Assembly: GCA_043821645.1 (NCBI GenBank)
Contig: JBDRCO010000139.1
Location: 1 to 35,681 of the forward strand
Direction of reading: 5' to 3'
Length of the DNA: 35,681 bases
From: Pseudomonadota bacterium
GTDB lineage: Bacteria > Myxococcota > JACRCW01 > JAFGSX01
The position numbers and the translations under genes are program-made. The notes under the pieces were generated by a model. That model saw only the letters and a list, made by a program, of their open reading frames with translations. It was not told where the DNA came from and did not search any database. Shown piece after piece: positions 19,263-27,707 of this stretch. Each line of letters starts with the position of its first letter. Within the stretch, counting starts at the first letter, position 1.

Positions 19263-19970
19263 ATGGTCTGTCGTCCTCGTCTCACCTGGGCCCTGCGACG
19301 GGTCGCAACGCTGCCCGTCATCGTCGGGCTGGGCTGCCCGGCCGTCGAGCTCGACGTCGACGCAGGCCGCACGGCCGACGCCGGTCTCGTACACGATGCG
19401 GCGGTGGACAGCGGCAGCAGCAGTGGCGAATGGCTGCGCAACGCCCCCAACGCCGATCCGCCCACGCTGCTGGCGCCCGACCCCGGCGAGGAGGGGCGCT
19501 GGGCCGCGGCCCGCCTCACCCCGTCGGTCTATCCCTTTGAGGTCGACCTGGTGAACTACACCGTGGGCGACGGCGAGGCCGGCGACGTGATGTGCAGCGG
19601 CACCCTGGCCCACCAGCTGCGGCTGTGGGTGGCCAGCAGCAGCGCACCACCCGACGACCAGACACCGGCCCTCGAGTTCAGCATCCCCACCCTCGACCCT
19701 GCCCTGCTCGGCCACCTGGGTCGCAGCGTCGGCCAGGTGCTCGACCCACCGCTGGTGCTGGAACAGGGACAGCACCTGTTCGTCGCCGTGCAGCTCCCGG
19801 GGAGCTATCCGGACGTGCTGTGCGTGCAGGTCAATCCCACGGGGTCGTACCAGGGCGACCGCAACTACTTCAGCGGCGCGACCGCTGCGCCCTACGGCTG
19901 GGCACAGCTCGACAGCCTCGGCCTGACAGGCAGCCTGCTGTTCACAGCCCACGGTCAGCAACAACCCTGA
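19263..19970 (+). CDS. Hypothetical putative lipoprotein
   Basis: GGGGAGG RBS before ATG 19263, VIVGLGC lipobox-like motif, DAG-rich linker, beta-rich domain. Confidence 0.65.
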   Translation: MVCRPRLTWALRRVATLPVIVGLGCPAVELDVDAGRTADAGLVHDAAVDSGSSSGEWLRNAPNADPPTLLAPDPGEEGRWAAARLTPSVYPFEVDLVNYTVGDGEAGDVMCSGTLAHQLRLWVASSSAPPDDQTPALEFSIPTLDPALLGHLGRSVGQVLDPPLVLEQGQHLFVAVQLPGSYPDVLCVQVNPTGSYQGDRNYFSGATAAPYGWAQLDSLGLTGSLLFTAHGQQQP

Positions 19971-20144
19971 CCCTCGGCACCGTGTCGGCGGTGGCCCCAA
20001 CAGATGCGTACCAGCGCATGTGCAGCCGCAACGAACGCGGGATCCCAGAAATTGGTGCCACCCGAGTTTCGGAAGGGGCCTCGATGACCTGGTCGGTGTC
20101 TCGTTAGCCTCAGCGAACTGCGCCGTACCCTGGTCACAGAGGTC

Positions 20145-21044
20145 CTACGCGAACAGCTCGGAACGAGCGGCAGAGCAGATCGCCGCGACCGCCGGGTGCC
20201 GGACCCGGCGCTCCGCGGAGATGGCGTAGTAGCGCTCAACCACGCCATCCGCTGTCCCGATGCTCTGGACACCATATTGTTCTGCCACTTCAGCCGCGAT
20301 CACGTCGGGCACCGCGAAGAAGCCCGCGCCCGCCTGCCCAAAGGCCTTCAGCAAGGCGCTGTCGTCGAACTCTCCCACGACAACTGGCTTGACTCCGCGC
20401 GCGCTGAACCATCCATCCAGATCCTGTCGAAGAGCCGCACCTTCACTCGGCAAGAGAACCGGTGCCCTGTCGAGCGAGGCCGGGAATCCCGGCCACAGGC
20501 TCATGGCTTTGTCCGGTCGAGCCATGAAGGTGACGCCGCAGGTTCCGAGCAGATGATTGTACGCTCGGACGCTCACCGTTGGAGGTATCGGGCAATCTGA
20601 CAGGACCACATCCAGGACGTGGATGGCGAGGTCGGCAAGCAGCTTCTCCGGCGAGCCCTCGCGACAGGCGATCTGGACGCGCTCCTCCAGCTGGGCCGAT
20701 GGCTCGAGGAGTCGATAGGCGATGAGTTTTGGCAACACGTCCGCCACACCCACCCGGAGCTTCAGCGGGCGTCCTGTCGGCTGGCCACGAAGCGTCTCGC
20801 TGAGCTCCCTACTAAGCGAGAAAATCTCGTCAGCGTACCGCAGAGCGACCTGGCCGGCGGAGGTCAGGACCATGCGACGACCGGTGCGCTGAAACAGTTT
20901 CTCCCCGATGGCCGCCTCGAGTTCGCGAATCTGCATGCTGACGGTCTGTGGCGTGAGATGAATCTTGGCGCTGGCGCGCGTCAGGTGGCCTTCTCGCGCA
21001 ACCGCCCAGAAGAGCCTCAGATGGTGGAGGTTGAGTGATTCCAT
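20145..21044 (-). CDS. nhaR: LysR-family transcriptional activator NhaR
   Basis: LNLHHL..FW.VAREG...RAS....LTPQT.S.QI, VGVADVLPKLIAYRLLEP, EFDDSALLKAFGQAG.G, YYAISAERRV.HPAV.AI. Confidence 0.9.
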   Translation of the reverse strand: MESLNLHHLRLFWAVAREGHLTRASAKIHLTPQTVSMQIRELEAAIGEKLFQRTGRRMVLTSAGQVALRYADEIFSLSRELSETLRGQPTGRPLKLRVGVADVLPKLIAYRLLEPSAQLEERVQIACREGSPEKLLADLAIHVLDVVLSDCPIPPTVSVRAYNHLLGTCGVTFMARPDKAMSLWPGFPASLDRAPVLLPSEGAALRQDLDGWFSARGVKPVVVGEFDDSALLKAFGQAGAGFFAVPDVIAAEVAEQYGVQSIGTADGVVERYYAISAERRVRHPAVAAICSAARSELFA

Positions 21045-21056
21045 GATTTTCCAAAA

Positions 21057-21073
21057 GTTCGAGTTCATCGAAC
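21057..21073. promoter_or_regulatory. LysR-type (NhaR) recognition box in the divergent promoter
   Basis: Perfect dyad GTTCGA-N5-TCGAAC containing T-N11-A (21059-21071), 12 bp upstream of the nhaR start and followed by AT-rich sequence. Confidence 0.65.
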
Positions 21074-21224
21074 CATATAGCAGAAACAATCGACTGGAAC
21101 AGATGAACTGGCAACGGTAACTAGAAACCAGACCCGGTTCGGTGTCGGCTTGGCCGGCGCGACTGCTGCGAGCCGGGCTGGGTGTCTCGATTTGCGTTCA
21201 ACTCGAAGCCAGGAGGAGATCGTC

Positions 21225-22499
21225 ATGGACCTCGACAAACTGAGTCTGCATTTCAGGAACCTTGCCGCGCTGGGCGAAGAGGACAGCCCGGTCATCAGCT
21301 GCTACATCAACAACGAAGCGGGGCGTGCCGGCTACCGCGATGCGACCGATGCCCGGATCCGGGAGATCCGCAAGGCGTTGCCGGCCGATCAGCGCCTCGA
21401 TTTCGAGCAGGCGCTCGGCAGAATCGAGACTTTCCTCGCGGCCGACGTGAAGGCGGACGCGAAGGGTTTGGCGATCTTTTCTCGCGGTGGCGAGAAGCCG
21501 TTCTTCGATGCCCTTCAGTTCAGATTACCGCTCCCCAATCTGATGACGGTGGATGCGGTCCCGCATATCTACGAGTTGGTCTTGCTCAAGGATATGTACC
21601 ACCGCTACATCGTGCTGATCTCGACGGAGTCCCACGCTCGCATCCTCGAGGTGAGCGTGGGCGAGGTGACAAAGGAGCTGTGGACCCAGCGCCCGGAGCT
21701 GCGCAGGCGTGTCGGTCGGGAATGGACCAAGGAGCACTACCAGAACCACCATCGAGATCGAACGCAGAAGTTTCTCAAAGAGAAGATCGAGATCCTGGAC
21801 CGTCTGTTCGCAACAGAAGCACACACCCACCTGATGATCGTCGGTAGCCCGCGCACGGTCGCGGGAGTGCGAGCCATCCTGCCCAAGCGCCTTCAGGACA
21901 AACTGGTCGAGGGCGGCCCAAGGTCGGGCCATGCCTCCACGGCTGACGTGGTCAGCGCGACGCTGTCGAGCTTCGCAGACCACGAACAAACCGAGTCGCT
22001 GGAGACTGCAGGTCTCTTTCTGGATGAACTGCGAACGGGTGGACTGGCGGTGGCGGGTGCCGAGGCGACGCTGGAAGCTCTTGCTCAGGGACAGGTCGAC
22101 GTCCTGGTGCTATCCGAGTTCTACGCCCCGCCAGCCGGATGGAAATGCCGCGAATGTGCGTGTGTCGGGGTCCACCAGGCACCCGTGGCGTGTCCGCAGT
22201 GCGGTGAACGCACCGTCGCCCCGCTCAATCTCAAGGAAGAGATGGTGAGGATCGCCGAACGGGACGGTTGCAGCGTGGAGATCGTGCGCAACAGCGATGT
22301 CCTGCTCGAGGTCGGTGGCGTCGGCTGTCTGCTCCGGTACCTGACCTCAGAGCAGCGTGCCGATCAGACACCCTCATGGCGGCGACCAAACCACGTGCGA
22401 TGGAACGGATCGCCTGCGCCAGAGAAAACACGTGGAGGGGATGCATTCATGATGGGCGCAACGTGGGACGCAGGAGCTTTGAACAGCAGAGGGTCTTGA
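21225..22499 (+). CDS. Bacterial archaeo-eukaryotic release factor homolog (baeRF10/Balon-like) with zinc ribbon
   Basis: AGGAGGAG RBS. PVISCYIN, GLAIF, ARI, LAVAG.EATL.AL..GQVDVL, CREC...CPQCG and GGVGCLLRY match aeRF1/Pelota domains 2-3. Confidence 0.8.
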   Translation: MDLDKLSLHFRNLAALGEEDSPVISCYINNEAGRAGYRDATDARIREIRKALPADQRLDFEQALGRIETFLAADVKADAKGLAIFSRGGEKPFFDALQFRLPLPNLMTVDAVPHIYELVLLKDMYHRYIVLISTESHARILEVSVGEVTKELWTQRPELRRRVGREWTKEHYQNHHRDRTQKFLKEKIEILDRLFATEAHTHLMIVGSPRTVAGVRAILPKRLQDKLVEGGPRSGHASTADVVSATLSSFADHEQTESLETAGLFLDELRTGGLAVAGAEATLEALAQGQVDVLVLSEFYAPPAGWKCRECACVGVHQAPVACPQCGERTVAPLNLKEEMVRIAERDGCSVEIVRNSDVLLEVGGVGCLLRYLTSEQRADQTPSWRRPNHVRWNGSPAPEKTRGGDAFMMGATWDAGALNSRGS

Positions 22500-22501
22500 A
22501 C

Positions 22502-23350
22502 GTGAAGCACGAGAACGCCACTCTCGTCGGGGATGGACCCTCCAGGCGCAGAAGCCATCTCCTGCGACGTATCTTCCAGCTGATTCTCCTGGCCGTGGCG
22601 GCGGATCTTGTTCTGCTGCTTGCCGAGCTCGCGGCGGGGCTGGACCCGCTGGTGGATATCCAGCAGCGCCCTATTCTGTATCTGTATGTTCTGGGGGGCA
22701 CCCTCGTGGTCTTTGGTGCTTTTGGAGCCGTCCTGGGCTCCCGGGAGGCGCAGCTGGAGGACATGGCGTTCCGGGATTCGGTCACCGGCTTGCTCAACTC
22801 ACGATACCTGCATGAGCGCCTGCGAGAAGAACTTGCAGCAGCCAGACGGCATGGCAAGCCCACCTCGCTGGTGCTGTTCGACATCGACCATTTCAAACGG
22901 GTGAACGACGAGCACGGGCACCCCGTCGGCGACCAGGTGCTTCAGCTGGTGGGCCGGACGATGCGGTCGATACTCCGTGAAGGCGAGATCGCCGCCAGGG
23001 TCGGAGGGGAGGAGTTCGCGCTGCTGTTGCCGGGCACCTCGGTCGGCGGTGCTGCGGCTGCGGCCGAACGCATCCGTGAGGCCATCGGCCAGGTGGCGGT
23101 GGTCACCAGAACCGACCAGCGGCTCGCGGTGACCGTGTCTGCCGGTGTGGCATGTTCGATACTCCAAGAGGTTCAAGACGCTGCAGAGCTTTACGGTCTC
23201 GCAGACCAGGCGCTCTATCAGGCCAAGAGGCAAGGGCGTGACCGGGCGATCGTGGGTGCGACGAAGGGTTGGTTTCTAGCTGATGCTGCTGGCGGGTCGG
23301 ACAGCACAGGCGCGGTCCTGTCTCAGCAACGCCCCGTGCGGTCGAGCTGA
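22502..23350 (+). CDS. Membrane-anchored diguanylate cyclase (GGDEF)
   Basis: Two TM helices, D.VTGLLN, DIDHFKRVND.HGH..GD, GGEEF, ADQALYQAK.QGRDR. GTG start at 22502 is inferred. Confidence 0.9.
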   Translation: MKHENATLVGDGPSRRRSHLLRRIFQLILLAVAADLVLLLAELAAGLDPLVDIQQRPILYLYVLGGTLVVFGAFGAVLGSREAQLEDMAFRDSVTGLLNSRYLHERLREELAAARRHGKPTSLVLFDIDHFKRVNDEHGHPVGDQVLQLVGRTMRSILREGEIAARVGGEEFALLLPGTSVGGAAAAAERIREAIGQVAVVTRTDQRLAVTVSAGVACSILQEVQDAAELYGLADQALYQAKRQGRDRAIVGATKGWFLADAAGGSDSTGAVLSQQRPVRSS

Positions 23351-23933
23351 TCAACTTCGCGACAGGGCAAGGTGAAAATCGATGAGCACAGGCATGGGTC
23401 TGCGCAGTCTTCCTCCCGGAGTGTCGCCCCAGGTGCATCGGCTCGCGCCGGCGAAGTCGTAAGAAGCATGAAGCGTGTGGAGGTGCGCGCGCCGGGGCGA
23501 TCGCTGGCGCCTCGGCGGGCAGACCGACGTGGTGCTGGTTGGATGAAGTCCGTCCGGACCTGTGCCAGACGGACGAAGGTCTTCCCGAAAGACCTTCGAC
23601 AAAACCAGCGCAGGCGGGCCTCGGCGAGATCGGTCACGAACGCGTCCAGCTTGAACTGGCCCCGCCGCACCCCCGCTCAAAAACCTCGCCCGTCCACAAC
23701 TCGGCGACGCCCTCGGGGCCGCGCGGCGCCAGGTCCTCGACGGGCAGGGGGGGACAGAGCACGATGGTCAGGTCATGCTGGCCTCGACGCGCTCTGGGGT
23801 GACGCGGCGTGGCCGATCACGCAGAGATCACGGGGCCTTCTGGCAATGGGGCGAGGCAGGCGTGACAAAGATATCGGCTCTGTCCCTGGCGGATCCTGGT
23901 GGCGGCGAGTCAGGTCTGTGAGCTCGCCCCGCT

Positions 23934-24947
23934 CTATTTCGCGTTGAGCCACGTCCGCCAGCTCGACGGCTGCGGCGTCCGGATGATGCCGATGCCGCCC
24001 CCACCCTTGCCCGGGTCTCCGCGCGAGCCGCAGTGGCCGCGATCGGCGACGGTGTTCTGGCTGCTGCCGTCGGGTCGGATACCGGGCAGGGTGCAGGAGT
24101 CGGTCAGCATGTAGCTGAAGTCGCGCTGCGAGGCCGGCGCCTCCTTCAGGATCTGCTGAAAGCGATCGTAGCGATCGGGATCGATGACCTGGCAACCGCG
24201 CGAGGCGTCCCCGACCCGGCCGTCGTCACCGCGGTGAAACTGCAGCTGCGCGTCGACGCTGAGCATCTGCTTGCCGGCCTTGAGCTCGCTGTCCTCGAGC
24301 ACGCCGTTGTTGTTGGAGTCCTTCCACACCTCGAGGTCGCGGTTCTGGCGCAGACCCTGCTCGCCACCAACCACCTCGCCGCGGGTCCAGGCGTTGCGGT
24401 AGAAGCCGTCGTCCAGCCGGTACGGCGTGTTGGCGTCGTTGCTCTGGATGCCGGCGTCGACGCTGGCCGGAAAGGCCTCGACCGTCTTCTTGCCGTCAAC
24501 GATGCGCGCGGCGTAGATCATGTCGTCATACCGATCGACCTTCTGTCCCTGCGGCGTGCCGTTGAAGGAGCGGATGCCCACCAGGTTGACCTCGCGGTCA
24601 CCGGACTTCCACGCCGAGGCGTCGCCCCCTGCTCGCTGCACGGTCAGCTTCTGCAGGTAGTCGTACTGCTGGTCCTGGCTCATCTTGCTGAAGTCGACGG
24701 GCGCGGCGGCGCTGGCATTGTCCAGCCCCTTGGCCACCGGCTTGCGGATCTCCCCCGAGGGCGTGCCGTTGGAGCTGGAGCCCGCGGCCAGGTTGCTGGC
24801 TGTGGCCTGGTTGACGTGGCCGCCCTCGATGTAGCGATCGGCGGCGGTCGCCGCGGTGGGCGGCGTCGAGGTGGCCGAGGTCGGGGCCTTGGGCTGCGGC
24901 AGTGGCGTGACCGGCTTGCTGGTGCTGCTCGAGATCGTGGTGCTCAT
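23934..24947 (-). CDS. Effector-like protein with Ser/Thr/Pro-rich N-terminus and putative His-Cys peptidoglycan peptidase domain (L,D-transpeptidase-like)
   Basis: NLVGIR, DRYDD, EF-hand-like DSNNNGVLEDSE, FHRG-x8-SRGCQVI; ATG 24947; no Sec signal peptide. Confidence 0.6.
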   Translation of the reverse strand: MSTTISSSTSKPVTPLPQPKAPTSATSTPPTAATAADRYIEGGHVNQATASNLAAGSSSNGTPSGEIRKPVAKGLDNASAAAPVDFSKMSQDQQYDYLQKLTVQRAGGDASAWKSGDREVNLVGIRSFNGTPQGQKVDRYDDMIYAARIVDGKKTVEAFPASVDAGIQSNDANTPYRLDDGFYRNAWTRGEVVGGEQGLRQNRDLEVWKDSNNNGVLEDSELKAGKQMLSVDAQLQFHRGDDGRVGDASRGCQVIDPDRYDRFQQILKEAPASQRDFSYMLTDSCTLPGIRPDGSSQNTVADRGHCGSRGDPGKGGGGIGIIRTPQPSSWRTWLNAK

Positions 24948-24986
24948 GGCGCCTGCCTTCTCCCGCCAAAGCGGACACATCGTGCA

Positions 24987-25010
24987 TGTATCTTGTGTAT
25001 CTTGTGTATC
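24987..25010. repeat. 9-bp tandem direct repeat (TGTATCTTG x2 + TGTATC)
   Basis: Read directly from the sequence; lies ~40 bp upstream of ATG 24947. Confidence 0.9.
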
Positions 25011-25060
25011 GTCTGATTCATGGGGCCGTTGCGAATCTCTTCTCGGGCACAAGGCTGACC

Positions 25061-25345
25061 CTACATGGGCGCCTGTTGCCTACATGACGCGCGCAGGCTC
25101 GGACCGCCGCTCGGCGCCGGTGCTGTGACGCGCTCGTCGACACGACCGTGAACGAGGATCTCGCCTCCCTGCAAACAGCGCGCGGCCCATCGCCCGGTGT
25201 TGGACGTCTTGAGAAGTTCATCTCGATGCATCACCAGGCAGAGCTTGCTCGCGGTGGCGAGGCTTGGCACTTCGGCACAGATACACAGACTCAAGTGCAT
25301 CGCGCACTGCTTGCATCTGTACTGTCCGTTGTCCCGTCTGCTCAT
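25061..25345 (-). pseudogene. 3'-truncated DTW-domain (TapT/YfiP-like tRNA aminocarboxypropyltransferase) gene
   Basis: RC..C......C.C, MH.DE..K.SNTGR match the DTW N-terminus. The ORF stops at 94 aa and I saw no D(G)TW motif in the adjacent frames. Confidence 0.75.
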
Positions 25346-25528
25346 TCGCGGATCACCGTACGCCCCCCGACATGGTGAAGACGAAGATTGTCGGCTCTGT
25401 CCTCTCTTTCTCCCATTTCTCTCGTCACGTGCCGAAGCCAGATCAATCTGCTACATCCGGTGCGGAATGAACCGCAGCGCCGCGCGCGGTGCACTGCTTA
25501 TGGATCGCGGGGGCGCGAGACTCGATCG

Positions 25529-26806
25529 ATGCATCGCAGTTCGGCTTTTGGCGCGTGGTTGGTGGTGGCGGTCGGGCTCTATGCCGCGATCCACTACTAC
25601 TTCTACGCGCGACTGATCCGCGCACCGATGCTGCCCGCGTCGTGGCGGACCGGTTTGACCATCGCGCTGATCGCGCTGGCCGTCATCTTGCCGCTCTCCA
25701 TGATGCTGGCGCGGCTGGTTGGCTGGTCGACCGCGGACGCCCTGCTGTGGCCGGCCTTTGCCTGGTCCGGGCTGGCCCTGTTCCTGCTGATGGCGCTGCT
25801 CGGCATCGACCTCGTGCGCGGCGCCGCGCTGCTCGGGCTCCACATCGCACACAGCGACCTGCTCGACGATCCCGGCCGCCGGCTGTTCGTGTCGCGCGTG
25901 ATCGCGATCGGCGCCTCGGCCGTGGCGCTTGGCGTGAGCGGGCTGGCGTTTGGCACGGCGCTGGCCGGGCCCATCCTGCGGCGGCTCAAGGTGACGCTTC
26001 CGCGCTGGCCGAGCGCGCTCGACGGTTTCTCCATCGTGCAGCTGTCGGACCTGCACATCGGTCGCACCATCGGCCGTCGCTACGTCGACGACCTGGTCCA
26101 GCGCACCAATGCGCTCAAGCCTGATCTGATCGCCATCACCGGCGACCTGGTCGACGGCACGCCCGAGGATCTGGGCGAGGCGGCCGAGCCACTGGCGCAA
26201 CTGCGCGCGCGGTATGGTGTCTTCTTCGTGCCCGGAAACCACGACCACTACTCGGGCGTCGCACCGTGGCTGGCCTGGCTGAAGCAGCGTCACATCCGAG
26301 TGCTCCTCAACGAGCACGTGACCGTGGGCGAGGGCGATGCGAGCTTCCAGCTGGCTGGCGTCGACGACAGCTACTTCGGTGCCGACGTCGAGACTGCGGT
26401 GGCCGGCCACGACCCGGCGCGGGAGCTGATCCTGCTGGCACACCAGCCGCAGGAGTTCCAGGCGGCCGCGCGCCACGGTGTCGGGTTGCAGCTCTCCGGC
26501 CACACCCACGGCGGCCAGCTCTGGCCCGGCCCCTGGTTCGCGCGGCTGATGTTCCGCTGGGTCGCGGGCAGCTTCCGTGTCGATGACAGCTTGCTCTACG
26601 TCCACTGTGGCAGTGGCTACGTGGGGCCGCCGATGCGACTCGGCACGCGCTCCGAGATCACCCAGTTCGAGGTCCGGCGTGGCGCGGCCGAGCTGCCGCG
26701 GTCGGTTCCCGTCGCCGAGCCCGCGGCCGACCAGGCGCCTGGTAGCGCGCTCGAGATCACGGCCCGGGCCGGCGAGCAGCTCCGGCGAAAGCTGGACGTG
26801 CACTAG
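25529..26806 (+). CDS. Membrane-anchored metallophosphoesterase (YkuE/YaeI-like)
   Basis: N-terminal TM helices, SDLH, TGDLVDG, GNHDHY, LLAHQP, LSGHTHGGQ, GPPMRLG..SEIT. Confidence 0.92.
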   Translation: MHRSSAFGAWLVVAVGLYAAIHYYFYARLIRAPMLPASWRTGLTIALIALAVILPLSMMLARLVGWSTADALLWPAFAWSGLALFLLMALLGIDLVRGAALLGLHIAHSDLLDDPGRRLFVSRVIAIGASAVALGVSGLAFGTALAGPILRRLKVTLPRWPSALDGFSIVQLSDLHIGRTIGRRYVDDLVQRTNALKPDLIAITGDLVDGTPEDLGEAAEPLAQLRARYGVFFVPGNHDHYSGVAPWLAWLKQRHIRVLLNEHVTVGEGDASFQLAGVDDSYFGADVETAVAGHDPARELILLAHQPQEFQAAARHGVGLQLSGHTHGGQLWPGPWFARLMFRWVAGSFRVDDSLLYVHCGSGYVGPPMRLGTRSEITQFEVRRGAAELPRSVPVAEPAADQAPGSALEITARAGEQLRRKLDVH

Positions 26807-27076
26807 CTGTCTCTGCTCGTGATCGTGGTTCGCGCCACGTCCACGGCAAGGAGGTGGTGTCAGGTCTTTCTTCGTCCCAACGGAACGTCTGCGCTTGAGT
26901 GGGAGGAGTACAGGGGCAGAGCACGGGACTGCTCGAAAAAGGTTGGGGTGGCACCTTCATCCCGGTGCAGCGTGCACCGTCAATGTGGCCTGGGATTGAA
27001 GACTTTCTGACACTCGGGTGGCACCCGTGTTGGGGTGCGGTGGTCTTCTGGCTGCCAGGGGCGCTATGGTGCCCGC

Positions 27077-27514
27077 ATGACGACATTTGCGAGAAGTCTT
27101 CCGCGCGTACTGCTCCGGGTCGATCTCGCGCAGCTGCTGGCACCTACCTATGCGCGCGAGGACGACGTCAGCGAGGAGCTGGCCCACGAGCGCATGACGG
27201 AGCTCCTCAAGATCCCCTCCCTCACCGACAAGATCTATTCGGCGGTCGCGGCCGCACTCGACTCGGCGCAGGGGGCGCGAACCGAGGATGCGCTCCTCGA
27301 CGCCGTGGCCCGAGCCGTGCCGAGGCGCTGCAAGGACGTCCAGGCCGCGCCCAGGGGACCGGCCCTTTCCGCCCTCACGGTGCTGTTCAACCTCGAGCTG
27401 GGTCTCAGCCCCGAGAGGCTGCGCGCCTCCCTCGAAAGCGACAGGGGGCAGGAGCTTGTGGAACAAGGGTTTCGCGCCCTGGGCCAGGACCTGGTGCGCC
27501 AGCTCCTGCGCTGA
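27077..27514 (+). CDS. Hypothetical helical protein
   Basis: 145-aa ORF with GC3-rich codons and amphipathic helices; weak RBS. Confidence 0.65.
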   Translation: MTTFARSLPRVLLRVDLAQLLAPTYAREDDVSEELAHERMTELLKIPSLTDKIYSAVAAALDSAQGARTEDALLDAVARAVPRRCKDVQAAPRGPALSALTVLFNLELGLSPERLRASLESDRGQELVEQGFRALGQDLVRQLLR

Positions 27515-27707
27515 GCTCGGCACGTCCGCCCGCGCCGCCCCAGCTCGTTTCAGTGCGATCCCACATGGGAGCGCTTTGTCAGCGACCAGGTCGTCACCAG
27601 CGACGGCGCTGGCCAGGCCTGGATCGGGGCCCCGCATCTGCTAGCGTGAGCACACCGGGCTTCCGCGACCAGGCCCGGCACACCGAATCACTCGGACGGA
27701 GCGCCCC

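Noticed and set aside
23532-23611. Canonical hammerhead ribozyme or integron attC site
   Set aside because: The hammerhead core nucleotides deviate and the RYYYAAC...GTTRRRY order is not met; kept only as an unexplained structure.
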